Assembly (NCBI GenBank): GCA_026770705.1
Contig: JANJGN010000047.1
Location: 3,782,001-3,846,000 of the forward strand
DNA length: 64,000 nt
From: Isurus oxyrinchus
Lineage: Eukaryota
Reading direction: 5' to 3'
In this document: positions 35,838 to 48,588 of the stretch, in pieces
Numbering within the stretch: the stretch's first letter is position 1
Layout: each line of letters begins with the position of its first letter
Translations under genes and position numbers: made by a program
Notes under the pieces: generated by a model
What the model was told of the DNA's origin: nothing
What the model saw: only the letters and a program-made list of their open reading frames with translations
Database searches by the model: none

Positions 35838-38800
35838 GACAGAATCACAACTTTACAGAATCACATTGTGAAGAAGAGGCCCTTCGGCCATTCTAGTTTG
35901 TACCAATACGTGAGAAACACCTGACCTACCTACCAAATCCCATTTATCGGCACTTGGCCCATAACCTTGAACGTTAGGACATGCCAGGTACTCATCCATT
36001 TTTTTTAAAGGATGCGAGGCAACCCGTTTCCACCAACCTCCCAGGCAGCGCATTCTAGACGGTCACAACACTCTGGGTAAAAACGTTTTTCCTCACAGAC
36101 CCCTAAACCTCCTGCCCCTCACATTGGAATTCGGCCCCTCACGACTGACCCTTCAGCTAAGGGGAACGACTGCTCCCGATGCATCTTGTCAAAGCCCCTG
36201 TCAATTTTACACACCGCAATCAGGTCGACCCTCTGTCTTCTCTGCTCCATCGAAAACCAATCAAGTCTACTGACACCTCTTCATGACCTGAATGTTTCAT
36301 CCCAGGCAAAATTCTGTATAATCCCTCTGCACCCCCTTCAGGGCAATCACCTCATTTATTTAATGTGGCTGCCAGAGCTGTACACATTACTCCAGCTGTG
36401 GCCTCACCAAGGTTCGATACAACTCCAAAATGACCTCCCTACCTTTGTAATCTATGCCTCGATTGATAAAGGCAAGTGTCCTCTATGCCTTTTTCTCCAC
36501 CCAAATAATTTGCCCCTCCACCTTCAGAGATCCATGGACGCACATGCTAAGGTCCCTTTTTTCCTCAGAACAACCTAGCGATGTGCCATTGATTGAATAC
36601 TGCCTCGTCAAATTAATTATGCAAATTGTATCAACTCACACTTTTCAAGGTTAAATTCCATCTGCCACTTATATTCCCATTTGACCATCCTGTCTATTTT
36701 TCTTTTCGCCCAAGACACACGACCTAACTCTTAAACTTCGTGCAAATCTTTTTTGTCATCCGCAACATTCCTAAACCAATCCCCCACATAGTCTTCCACG
36801 GCATTTATATAAATGAGGAATAATAGCGGAACGAGCACAGATTTTTGTGGTACGTCACTGTTCATGGGTTTCCAGTCACTAATGCAGCCTCCTTGTCATC
36901 ACCCTCTGTCTCCTACAACTAAGTCAATTTTGAATCCACATTGTCTAATTACCTTGTTTCCCATCTGCATTTGCCTTCTTTATATGAATCTCTTGTGGGA
37001 TCTTGTCAAATGTTTTGCTGCAAACTATACTAACCACACGAACTGCAACTCCCCCATCTACACACCTGGTCAGCTCCTCAAAAAATTCAAACAAATTTGT
37101 TATCTATGACCTCACTTCAGGAAGCCATGCTCACTATCCCTGACCAAACCTTGACTTTGCAAGTTGAGATAGATTCTCTCCTTCCGTATTTGCTCGAAAA
37201 GTTCTGTGCCGCTGACGTGAGACTCACTCGCCTCTAGGTCCTTGGCTCATTGCTGAAGCCCTTATTAAATAGTGGAACTACTTTAGATGTTCTCCAGTCC
37301 ACTGGCACCTCCTCCGTTGCGAAATAAAATTAAAAATTTGTGTCACAGCCCCTGCGATCTCAACCCCTTACTTACCTCAGCATTCATGGCCACAAGTAAT
37401 CAGAACTGGGGGATTTGTCCACATTTAAGCCCGCCAAAACGTGCAATAACTGATCACTCCCTCCGTCAATTTGATCAGGAATCGTGCAGTCCCTCCCCCG
37501 AGTTCATTACTTTCATTTTCATTCTCTTGGGGAAAGCCTGAAGTGAAGTATTCGTTCAACAGTCTACAGATGTCCTCTGGCTCCACCCATAGATTGCCAA
37601 CTTGATCATTAATGGGCCCAACACCATCCCTCGTTATCCTCTTCCCATTGATAAACTTGTTGCATTTTTGAGATTTTTCTTTTTTTTCCCAGCCAGAGCT
37701 TTCTCATATCCCCTCTCTGCTCCCCTAATTGTTTTCTTAAGCTCCACCTTTTCTGTACTCCACTAATGGAACGGCTGATTTGTTTCTGTTGTACCTCAAA
37801 AGGGCCTCTCTTTTCCATTTCGTCGTATTCTGGTCATCCATGGCTCTCTGGTATTGTTCCTCCTTCCCATCACTCTAGAGGGAACATGCTGAGTCTGTAC
37901 CGTCCCCATCTACGTTTTGAATGCTCTCATTACTCATATGTAGATTACCAAACCAGTAAGTCTTCCGAGTCGACTTTGGCCTGATCCTGCCTTGTTTTAT
38001 TGAAATCCTCTCTCCACCAATCCAGAACATTTTTTTGTAATGTGTCTATTTATTTGTTCATAGCAACTATAAATTATACCATGTTGTGTTTGCTGTCACG
38101 GCAATGCTCCCCCACTACAACCTCAGCCACTTGCCTGGCTTCAGACACCAGTATCAAGACCAGCAATGCCCCGTCCCTTGATGGACATGTTAGATATTGC
38201 CCTAAATGTTTCTCCTGTACACATTTCAAGAAATGCATTCCATCTAAGCCCTTCACACAAAGTCTATTGCTAATAATGTTGGGAAAGTTGAAATCACCGA
38301 ATACAATTACGCTTTGGTGTTTTTTTAACACTCATGCCCAAATTGTGACTTTATTTTATCCTGCATTTCCCGCTGACTATTTGGGTTTCTAGAAGAAACT
38401 CCTAAAAAAGCGGCTGCACATTTTCAATTCCAAATCTCTACCTGTATCTTCCAAGATATCATCTCTCCTGATGACAGTAACAGAATCCTTAATAATTTAT
38501 TCAATGCCTCCTCTCCTTTTACGCCCTTCACTCACTTGCCTGAAGATTTCATATCCCGAAAAGTTCAGCTGCCAATTTTGCCTCTCCCTCAACTACGGCC
38601 CAGTGATGTCTACCTTAACACAATTCCACATGTTAATCCTCACCATTAAATCATCCGCTTTACCTGCAATACTCCCGATATTTAAAGTAAAGGCATCTTG
38701 CCTTGACTTACTACCTGGAAACTTAATGTAGCTGCACACTCTCTGACTTGATTGTTTCGATGAATGATGATGTGTCCCTACTCTGCTAACGGGTGCCCAC

Positions 38801-40100
38801 TCCCGCTGCCGAATAAGCTAAAACTGATCCCAACAGCTCTCGCAATCCTGCCTGCAAGGATATTAAACCAATGTTGATTCAGAAGTAAATTGTCCCACTT
38901 GTAGAGGCCCCATCTTCCCCAGCAACGGTCCCTGTGATCTAGCAATCTAAAACCCTCATGCATCAAATATAAAGCCATGTATTCATCTGCGTTATTCTCC
39001 TATTTCTATGCTGACTAGCACTGGCACTGGGAGCAATCCAGAGATTATAAAACAAGAGGTCCTCCTTTTCAGTCCATTGCCTAACTCCCTGAATCCTTGA
39101 TGCATGGCCTCATCACTCTTTCTAACTATGTCATTGGTTCTAACATGTACCATGACCCCGGCCATATCACCTGCCACCTTCAGGATGTCCTTCAAACGTT
39201 CACTAAAATCCAGGAACCTGGCACATGAAAGGCAACACACCATCCTGGAGTCACGTTGGCATGCACAGTACCACCTATCTGCTCAGCTGACTATAGAATC
39301 ACTTATTACTATAGCTCTACTTCACCTCCTCCCCTCCTGTTCAAACAAACTGCTTGTGCTGCCAGAACATTAGCTCTGTCTGCACTCCCTGGAGGAACAA
39401 GCGCCCCCATCAGACTTCCAAATACAATAAGGATTTGCAAGTGGGACATCAGGCGAATCCGGAATCACCTGCCTGTTGCTTTTGGACTGCCTGTTGGTCA
39501 CCCATTAACTTCGTTTCTGAAGTCCTTCAGCCGCAGTGTGACTGCCTCTCTAACGTTGCTATCCACGATGCTCTCAGGCTCGTAGATGCTCCATAGTGTC
39601 CCCAGACGCCATTCCAGCTCTGAAACCCAAGCTTCCAGGAGCTGCAGCTGGGCACAGTTCCAGCAAACATGCTCCCCTGTCACTGGAAATGTTTCTGACT
39701 TCCGACATGCAATACAACGAGGACACCACAGCTTTCAGCTTTACTGCCATGACTTATGCCTTTAAATTAAACATCTAAAGTTAATTACTCTAGGCATCAT
39801 CTTTCCTGGTCCTCGTTACGGCAGAATGTACAAGCTTTAAAACGCAAAATAACTTGAACAAGAAGCAATGAAAGTATTAAATACTTGCCCAGCCTTACCC
39901 ACTGCTTTCCAGTCAAGTATCTCCCTTGTAACGTCTACTGCTGCAGCAGGCAAGGTCCACTATCTGAAGATTTCAGAAGTTGGATAGCAAAGAAAAAAAT
40001 GCAGCGAGCACCTCTACCCCTCTGCACCGAATTTCCACTGTGCACTAAACAACCAAAAGCCACATTTGCGGAAGTGCTGTGACTGATCTGGGTCTTAGTA
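35838..40100 (-). mobile_element. Near full-length but inactivated CR1 LINE (5' UTR, ORF1 zinc-finger/SGNH esterase, ORF2 APE-RT, 3' UTR)
   Basis: ORF1: HVCWNCAQLQLLEAWVSELEWRL (39498-39683), VMVHVRTNDIVRK..IISGLLPVP (38992-39243), EGFRLLDH..WGRWGLYKWD.LLLNQ..NILAGRIARAV (38778-38978). EN: VIVFGDFNFPNI..SRDGALLVLIL (38074-38331). RT ~36200-37300 is homologous to 7618-9010. 3' tail cagaatcac repeats near 35840-35865. Confidence 0.9.
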
Positions 40101-40299
40101 CATTTTATTGTCTCTTAATCTAGGCGTAAGCATTGGAACATTGAGATTTACTTGCCACTGGTCGGTATGTAACTGCCCATAGATGGTCGAGAGGTGTGCT
40201 AATGTAAACCATATTATTCAGAATGGAAATGGGCGCCGTTGTCTTCAGGCTGTACAGCTGCATGTCCAAATAGATGCTGCACATTGAAAACACGGACCT

Positions 40300-41250
40300 A
40301 ATATTGATCAGTTAACATAAATATTTTTGTTAGGGGACGACAGAACTTAACACTCTGTTGATAATTACAGCTTTTCAAGGCAGAATTGTAAAGTCCCAAG
40401 ATGCTAATAGTGATTGGACAGAGTAGTGTCCGTTGTGCTTAATTTTTAGCGAGGTCAGTGTGAAGCTCCCCATCAGCATTTACATCCAAAGAATGCATGT
40501 GCCTTAAACCTGTCATGCATTTTATTGTTTCTGAGCGCTCAGAAGCTAGAATCAGCCTTCTCCAATAGGCTAGATTAATGACATTATTGTGCATGCCAGC
40601 TGAAATACTGGTTTTCTGAGATACAGAAAATTTGACAAAATCAAACTCCAGAGGGAACGTCACAAACATGAAGGATGAGGCTTTCTTTGGTGAGATATCT
40701 GTTGAAATAAGTCTGGCTTTATCTATCACCTTAAGCATAATTTGCGCACCTAATTGTCACGCTAACGCTATCCACTGTCCAAAAACATCCAGTACAGTAC
40801 AGAATACACATTGGTTATCTTCCAGACACAAACCATCCTCTAAACCCAATCTCCAAACGGCGTTCTGCCGTCACTCTTGATCCGTATGCAGAGTTCATGG
40901 ACACTTTGTCACATTACCTGTATTCACTCCTGCCTGTACCCCGTCTCCACAGCATCAGCCAGGAACTTCCTTTAAGTTTTCTGCATGACATGAAACTCAA
41001 ATTCTCACTTCTGCTTTCTCTCGCCCTTTCTCCACGCCCTTTGCAAGATAACAATGTCAATTAAACCCATCTCTTGGTCTGACTAAATGTTATTTTTGAA
41101 ACTGCTAAATATCTACCTTCGCTTTCTAATTCAAAGCCAGTTTTTATAGCGAATAATCCTCGCTCCTCAGATTCGGACCTCTTCAATTCTGTTTATTCTC
41201 TGTCATCAACCCCATAATGGAGAACATGCCATCAGCGAGCGATCTGTCAT
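40300..41250 (-). mobile_element. Very old CR1 endonuclease-region relic
   Basis: agtcccaagatgctaatag (cf. ..MGDFN) and tccagtacagtacagaatacacattggttatcttccagacacaaaccatcc; recognised by eye. Confidence 0.4.
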
Positions 41251-41262
41251 TTTAAATTAAAG

Positions 41263-41435
41263 TTATGTTTCTAAAACAAAAACAGAATTACCTGGAAAAA
41301 CTCAGCAGGTCTGGCAGCATCGGCGGAGAAGAAAAGAGTTGACGTTTCGAGTCCTCATGACCCATCGACAGAACTTGATTTCGAGTCCAAGAAAGAGTTG
41401 AAATATAAGCTGGTTAGCTGGTTTATGTTTCTAAA
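41263..41435 (-). mobile_element. Young solo Penelope pLTR with hammerhead-like motif and 13-bp TSD
   Basis: TSD ttatgtttctaaa at 41263-41275 and 41423-41435; nearly identical to the 19.4 kb left arm; agctggtt is duplicated at the junction; motif at 41337-41375(-) is agtt-CTGTCGA-tgggtcatgaggactc-GAAACGTC-aact. Confidence 0.9.
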
Positions 41436-41559
41436 TTCATTATCCTAACAAAGTAATTCATTCTTGGATCTAATCTTTACAGGTGCCTGAAGGGAGCAGG
41501 GGAAATCGGAAACATCTGTGTAAATTCAAATGGAATATTTCATTTATTTTAGCCGAGGC

Positions 41560-41905
41560 ATAGCATTTTATTGCAAAACGGTTATTTTGCATCTATATAA
41601 ATGTTCCATTAACCTGTAGCTTCAGTGCCTTTTGCAGTTCTGGGAACCTCATTGGTGAAAGGATGCAATTGCACTGGAGACTGCACAGTGGAGTTATGTG
41701 ATGATTTTCCAGTGACGGAAAATTGAGGAAAAATGTTTAGTCTGAGTTTTTTCTCCCTGGTACGTTGAAGACTGAGGCGAAATATGATTGTGTTGAGCAG
41801 AATTGTGAGGGCCCTGGATATATTAGATTAGAAATAAATATTTACCTTAGCAGAGAGGCCCGTAAATCCGTAGCATTGATACAAAGTCATTTGTTGAAAA
41901 ATTAG
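41560..41905 (+). mobile_element. Decayed CR1 3' fragment
   Basis: gcagttctgggaacctcattggtgaaaggatgcaattgcactggag..gaagactgaggcgaaatatgattg (QFW.PH..KD.IALE..RLRG.LI). Confidence 0.6.
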
Positions 41906-41911
41906 AGTTGA

Positions 41912-42200
41912 TTAGAGAGAGAGAGAGAGAGAGAAGTAGAGAGGAAAAGAGAGAGATGCAGTGAAAGGAAGTGAGAAGGGGAATGGGCAGCAAAATAGGA
42001 AGAGAGAGACAGGGAGAGAGAGAAAGAGAGGGAGAGGAAAGGGGCAGAGTGTGGAGAAACAGAGAGACAGTAAGTCAAAGCGGGAGTGTGTGGGTAAAAC
42101 TGGGTTTGAGCGAACAAGGTGGGAGAAGAGCGAGGAACAGGACAAAAGGGAGAAAGGGGATAAAATGATGTTGACACAGAGGGGGTGGTGAGTGGAGGGT
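41912..42200. repeat. GA-rich polypurine tract
   Basis: (ga)n and gagagacag-type degenerate repeats. Confidence 0.85.
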
Positions 42201-42459
42201 GGTGTTTGAAGAAAGACATCCTTCCTGAAATAGTTGTTTCCAAAAAAACATGTCGTTGATTTAAAAAAAAAATATTTCAAAGTGATCATTTTTTCTTTCC
42301 AGTTTGAAGACAGAGTTCTAATATTTGTAGAGCCAGGAGGGGAGGGGTTGTGTGGGCAACCGCAAGCGTGGAACACACATAGAGCGGGGAGAGGCGTTTT
42401 CAGCGGGTCGGGCTGTGCGGTGGACAGGCTTCCCGTGTCCTTTCCAAATAGAAACTCAT

Positions 42460-44560
42460 TGTTTCTTGTGGGATCTTGATGTGCACACACTTTTATTTTC
42501 TCCACGTCTCTTGCTTTCTCGCTCTCTCCTGCACATTCTCTCTCTCACTCTCTGGCTCTCTGCTCAGCTATTTTCTTCCATATTTATTATTTTTATATAT
42601 GTAATATTTATCCACTAATGATATTTATTGTTATTTTAATTGTGTGGAGGATGAGATGGGAGCAGTCGGCATCGGATGTGGTAGGACTGGATACCATTTG
42701 CCATCTGCTACTCCCAGCACTGTCTGTGAAGATTTGGGATTGCGCTGTACTTACAGGGGATTGTTCTGTGTGACTGGCCCCTGTTCTGGTCCCTGAGGAT
42801 TTAGTGCGGGATCTGTGACTGGGACTCAGAAGGTTAGAATGCTTCAAACTGCAGTTTCTCTTCCGTGTTTTGTTCTGGCAAGATTGACGCCTTCAATCGA
42901 CATCACTGAACCAGTTTTACCTGGAGATTAACATATTTCTGCTTTTGGGATCTTGTTCTGACCACAAAATGCCTGCATCCTTCCATGGATTGAGGGACTG
43001 AGGGGAACAGCAAGAGAGTCCAGAACCGAGAGTTCAATGAGGGGGCAGTGGTGAGGGGGCTGACAGATATGGATCTTGGAGTGTCCGAGTGTGAAGTCAC
43101 TGCCCATCTCCCAGTCTAAGGAGGAAATCCCCTCATCACATTCTTCCGGAAGAATGGAGCATTTACATAAATCACACTCGGACATGGAGAGGGTCAATCC
43201 CGGGATCTTGCTGTGCTACCCCGTTCATGAAGACATTTTCCCTACGCTGTCTTTGAATCAATTCTCAGCTAAGGCAGTTATATCTGGCAGTTCACACCGT
43301 TCAGGTTGCGGTATCTCGCTGTGCACAAACACGCACGAGACAAAATGAATTTCATCAGTGATCACACTTAAAAAGATGTTGATTCATCGTGTGTAAAGCA
43401 CCAGGAAGGTCTCGAAGTTAAATTTGTTAACGTGATGATGTTTTATTTCGAAATAATGCGGACATCTTAGACAGTGCGATGGATTGAGGCTTCAATGAAA
43501 TTTTAATTCACTTTATTTTGTTCCATCCTGCCTTTCTCTCCCTTTCTGCATCTCCAACCACTGATATTTGAGAGAGAGATGGAGAGAGATGTGGGGCCGG
43601 AGTCGGGGGGAAGGGGGCAGGGTTTGCCATTGGTAGCATGGCCTGGGTGTCAGTGGGGTTGGTATGGGGAAGAGAGAGACAGAGAGAGAATGGAAGATAT
43701 ACAGACGGAAGAAACTGATGGAAACAGCGAGAGCGAGGGAGATACAGGGTGAAAGTAGCGCTTGAAGGGAAGGAATACAACATCAATGGAGCCAGAGAGA
43801 CAGCAGGACAGTGTGAGAGAGGGACAGTTTGAGAGAGGGTCAGGAATAGGGAACATAGGGAAAGAGAGATGGAAACAAAGATTGAAGATACAGTGTGTGA
43901 GAAAGAGGAAGACAGATAGCGACAGATCGAGAGAGAGGGAGAGAGAGAGATAAAAATACAAAGTTAAAAAAGAGGGATTGATGGAAACACTGAGAGAGGA
44001 AGACAGAGGGAGGAAGAAATGGAACAGAGGGGCTGAACGGACAAAATGTATCTATTGGGAGAGGGGGGAGGGACAAGTTCTCCAAAGCTCCAATGTCCCT
44101 GGTGGCACTCGCTGTGGGATCTTGCTTTGCATAATTCCCTGCAGCTTTATCTGCATTGCAACTTGAAAAGCACTTTAATTCATGGAAGGTGGAGCTTTAC
44201 CGAGGGCCTGGAATTCAATTTCGAATGTGAAGGGGCTCTGTAAATTCCTTGTTGTCATCGCCGAATAATTCCCAGGTTTTAGTTTCACTGACACATTAAG
44301 CGGGTGAAATGTTTTAGTGGGGAGTGTGATGTGAGGGTCGTTTAGAAACCATCCTGCCGTTTCATCCCCCAACCTAGTTTTAAAGATGGAAATTAGACAT
44401 TTCTGAGTTATGGGGATGATGGGGGAAGGACACCTAGCTATTGAATAATGGCTGCTTGTGGGACCTTGCTGTGCGCACTGTGCCTTCAGCCTCCCTTATT
44501 CTTTGACAGTGACGACATTGCCCCAAGTGAATTTTACTTTAGGACTGACGGTGCATTGTT
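42460..44560 (+). mobile_element. Cluster of Deu-domain SINE (SacSINE1/AmnSINE1-like) relics
   Basis: Recurrent tgtgggatcttgctgtgc-like core at ~42466, 42733, 42944, 43201, 43307, 44112 and 44456; several have flanks matching the recalled Deu 3' domain (acagattatctggtcattatcacattgctgtttgtgggatcttgctgtgcgcaaattggctgcc..cacttcaaaag). Confidence 0.55.
43570..44072. repeat. GA-rich polypurine tract
   Basis: gagagagacagagagag-type degenerate repeats. Confidence 0.85.
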
Positions 44561-44899
44561 TTCATTTCCCCAGGCAATCTCCCTCCACCCCTACACCTCT
44601 CTACATAAATCATTATTAAATAAAAATCATGGCCACAGATTTTTGTGCCAATACTTAAACTGTGAGATAAAAAAAAACTGTTCCGAGTGTTTTTAATTCA
44701 AGATTCGCCCTGAAACAGGGAGAGAAAGTTAGAGATACAGCGACTGGACTGAGCGGGTGTGCAGTGAAGGGCATTGAATGGGACGGTCTTTCCTCGAATG
44801 AGTGGGAAAGAGTGAAATCAATGGTTTGGATGAGAGGGTGGAAATGTGGCACACTGAATTCAGTCCAGTGAAGTCTGAGGGAATGGATTTCGGAAGGAT

Positions 44900-45660
44900 G
44901 TTCAAAGCAATAGAAAACTCAAAGATATTTGTAGGGCATTGAAAAGGGTAGATCAAGTTAGAGACTTTCGAACAAATGTCAACAGGCCATTGAAGGTGGC
45001 AGGACAGGTGGATCAGTTATTATAGAAAGCAAATGTAATGTTTTGTTTTTAATTCGATGAGGTACTGAATACAATAGCTTGAACCTAATGCTGGAACGGT
45101 GGAAATGAGGCGCTGGTTGTGCCACAGCTGGATTCTTTTGTATATTTCTGTTCAGCACATTTGGGGAAGGACATATTTGCTTTTGAGAGATTACAGAGGA
45201 GATTCTCAAGAATGTAGCCAGGGCTGGAAAATTGCAGTTTTGAGAAAGACTGGATAGGCTGGTGTGATTTTCCGTGGAACTGAGGAGGCTGAAAGGTGAA
45301 GTAATTAAGATGTACAGGATCATAAGGAGCCTAGATAGGGTAGAGAGGAAATATTTGTTTCCCCAGCGGAGAGGGCAATTAACAGGTGCATAACTTACAG
45401 TTGATGGGTAGAATGATTGGAGGGTACAGGGGGAATTATTTTTTCACCCATAGTGGGGGGTGGGTGTCTGGATTTCACTGTCCTGGTTGGTGGCTGAGGC
45501 AGAAACTCTCAGCTCAATGAATAAGTGTCTGGAGCAACATGTGGAGCTCTCTGACCAGCAAGGATGTCTGATTGTCTTCACAATGGACCGCAATACATTT
45601 TCATACTTTGCAGATACGATGGGCAGAATGGCCTCTTTCTGTGCTGTAACATTTCCATTG
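44900..45660 (+). mobile_element. Decayed CR1 3' portion
   Basis: gaggaggctgaaaggtgaagtaattaagatgtacaggatcataaggagcctagatagggtag and terminal atgggcagaatggcctctttctgtgctgtaac. Confidence 0.7.
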
Positions 45661-46199
45661 TTGCAAGGAATACGAGACGCACAATAAGAATCTGACTGGG
45701 TATGGAGGAGTTGCTGGGGGGGGAGGGGTAAAATGGATAGGGCACAGTCTTGGGCTGAGGTGGAATAGGGAGGGTTGTGGTAGTAAAAATTGGAGAGGGA
45801 CAGTCCTGGACCGAATGGGGATGGGCTAATTTGATGTGAGGTAGGCAGTGAATGACCGCAGGCCTGAGATAAATCAGCATCTTGTGTGCATAATGTTGCA
45901 AACCGTCAGTAAAATAAATGAAGGGGCCATCAGAATTAATGATGTGGAGCTGAGAATTATTGAGTTTGGGTGCGTAGGAAAAATGGGGACCTCAAAATTA
46001 ATAGGGCGTCTCAGCATTATTGTGACATGAACCTAACTAATGGAGACCTCATTGTTAGAAGGTGTCGTCGGAACATGTAGGGCCAACCACGAGGACTTTG
46101 GAGGGGCCATTCATTCCAGCACCAGCAGTTTAAAGACAAAGATATTTCTCTCTCCCTGTCTAAGTGATACTCTGAGACTGTCCAATCCGATATTTCCCC

Positions 46200-47152
46200 C
46201 ACCCTCCCACGTTCTCAGTGCCTTCTGCTCCAAACGTCTGTCTGCACTCTCTCATCCTCTTGATATACCATACCACATCACCTATCTCTCACTGTTTCTC
46301 TCTCGCACCGCTTCACTATCTCTGTCACTGCCCCCCTCAATATCTATCTGTCCCTTTCTCTTTCACCCACTCTGTCTCTCCCATTCTCTCTCTGTCCCAT
46401 TTATTCTCTGTCTCTATCTCTCTCTCACTCTCCCCCATCCTTTCTCTCTCTCACTCTCAGTCAGTCTCAGCCTCTCTCTCTGTCTCCCACTCCGCCTATG
46501 AGTCTCTTATCTCTATCTGTCCCCCTCTCTCACTCCATCTCTCTCTCTCTATCTCACTATCTCTATGTCCCTCACTCCATCTGTCTCTCCGTTTCTCGCT
46601 CACAATCTCTATGCTCTCTGCCTGTCCCTCTCTTTCTCTGCCTGTATGTGTGTTTGTGTGTGTGTGTCTCTCACTCCCTGTCAACCTCTGTCTCTCTCTC
46701 TTCGCTCTCTCTCTGTGTGCCTGTCCCTCTCCTACTCCGTCTGCCTCTCCCTCTGCCTTTCAATCTCTCTCAGTGCATCTCCCTCTGTCTATCTGTCTCT
46801 GTTACTCTATCTTTCTCTCTCTGTCACACTCTCTGAAATTTTCTCCCTCCCTCTCTCACAGACATTATTTGTGCCCTCTCTCTTGCTGGCCCTCTGACTA
46901 TCTCTCCGTCTTGCTCTCTCAGTGGGCGTCTCTCACTCTGTCTTTGTCCCTCTCTGCCTCTGCCTCTTCCTCTGCCTCTCTCTCTCTCTCTCCCTGTCTT
47001 TGTGTCTCTCTGCTGCTCTCTCCATGTGTCTCTTTTCCTGTATCTCCCTCTCTTTGTTCCATTCTGCCTCTCCATGCTCTCTCTGGTTCTTTCTTTCCAA
47101 TTCTCTCCCTGTCTATCCTATTTCTGTCTTTCTCTCTATCGTTTCCATTCTG

Positions 47153-47186
<34 letters not shown>

Positions 47187-48190
47187 ACTCACTCTGCCTA
47201 TTTCTCCCTCTTTCTCGCGCAGACATTATCTCTGTTTCTGTGCCATCTCTCTGTCTCTTCGTCTCTGCCTCATCCTATCTCTCACTGTCTCTCTCCCTCT
47301 TTGTCTCTCTTTTTCTCAGTCTATCTGTATCTCTCTGCCCCTGCCACACTCCCTCGCTCCTCCTTTCCCTCTCTCTCTCTCTCTCTCCCTCTCTCTCTCA
47401 CTCACTCACTCTCTCACTCACTGCCTCTTTCTCTCTGTCTCCCACTGTGCTTGTGAGTCTCTCTCTCTCTGTCCATCTCTCTCACTCCCTTTCTGTCTCT
47501 ACCTCACTATCTCCATGTCTCTCACTCACTCTGTCTCTCCCTTTCTTGCACACACTCTCTATTTTCTCTGTTGTCGCTATCTCTCTCTCTCTCCTTCTCT
47601 TTGCCTTTGTGAGAGTTTATGCCTGCATGTGTCTCTCTCCTTCTCAATCTCTGTCTCTCCCTTCGCTCTCCCTCTGCCTCTGTCTGTATGCCTGTCCCTC
47701 TCCATCTCCATCTGTCTCTCTCTTCCTCTCCCTTTCCAACTCTCCCTGCCTCTCTCACCCACAATCTCGTTGTCCCCTCTCTCTGTTTCTATGTTTCTGT
47801 AACTCTCTTCCTTTCTCTCCCTGTTCACCCAGTCTCTCTTTATCTCCATCTCTGACCTCTCTACTTTTCTCTCTCTTTCTCTCTCGCTCTGCACCCTCTC
47901 TGTCACTCAAACTCTCTTTTGAACTCCTGCTCTCACTCTTTGTGACCTTCCACTCTGTCCTCTCTCTCCCCCTGTCTCTCTGTCTGGTTTCACTTTCTCT
48001 GTCTCTCTCTCTCAGTCTCTCTCTCTCTATCTCTCTATCTCTCTTTCTCTCTCTCTGCCTCTATCTACCTCTAACTCTGCTTCTCTCTCTCTCTCACTTT
48101 CTCTCCACCTTTTTCTCTTTCGCTCTCTGTTTCTCTGTATCTCCATTTCCCCTTTACCACCAATATTGACCCTAAATTTACTCCCTCTCC
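46200..48190. repeat. ~2 kb (CT)n-rich polypyrimidine low-complexity tract
   Basis: Almost uninterrupted ct/tc repeats; source of the 412, 415 and 266 aa S/L-rich spurious ORFs. Confidence 0.95.
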
Positions 48191-48588
48191 CTTAACTCTG
48201 GAACCCTACCTTCCTTACTTTTCATGGCCTCACATCCTCTGATCCCTCTCCTGGTTCTCTCTGAGGACTGTTCTCCTGTTTTCTGATGAAATAATTGTTG
48301 ACCAATCAGTTGTCAGGGATCGCTCAACTAATGTGTCGACAGAGCTGCTTTGAGGTGGGTATTTCGTTCCAATCAGCTTGAGGGATCGCGATGACAGACA
48401 GGCACATCAGCCAATGGAAATGTGGAAATGTACAGTGTCAGGAATTCAGTCAAATCACTGAGCATCAGCTCGGCCACTGGGAGGACAGTGATTTCATGAT
48501 GTGGATTTTCCTCTCCAATGATTGTGGTATATCCAGAATTGACAGGCAGCCCGGACATTGGAAACTCTCAGTGATTGAGTTCTTCTCA

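Noticed and set aside
46218-48169. Long ORFs of 412, 415 and 266 aa
   Set aside because: S/L-rich translations of a (CT)n tract that cannot easily form stop codons; open in several frames; no domain.
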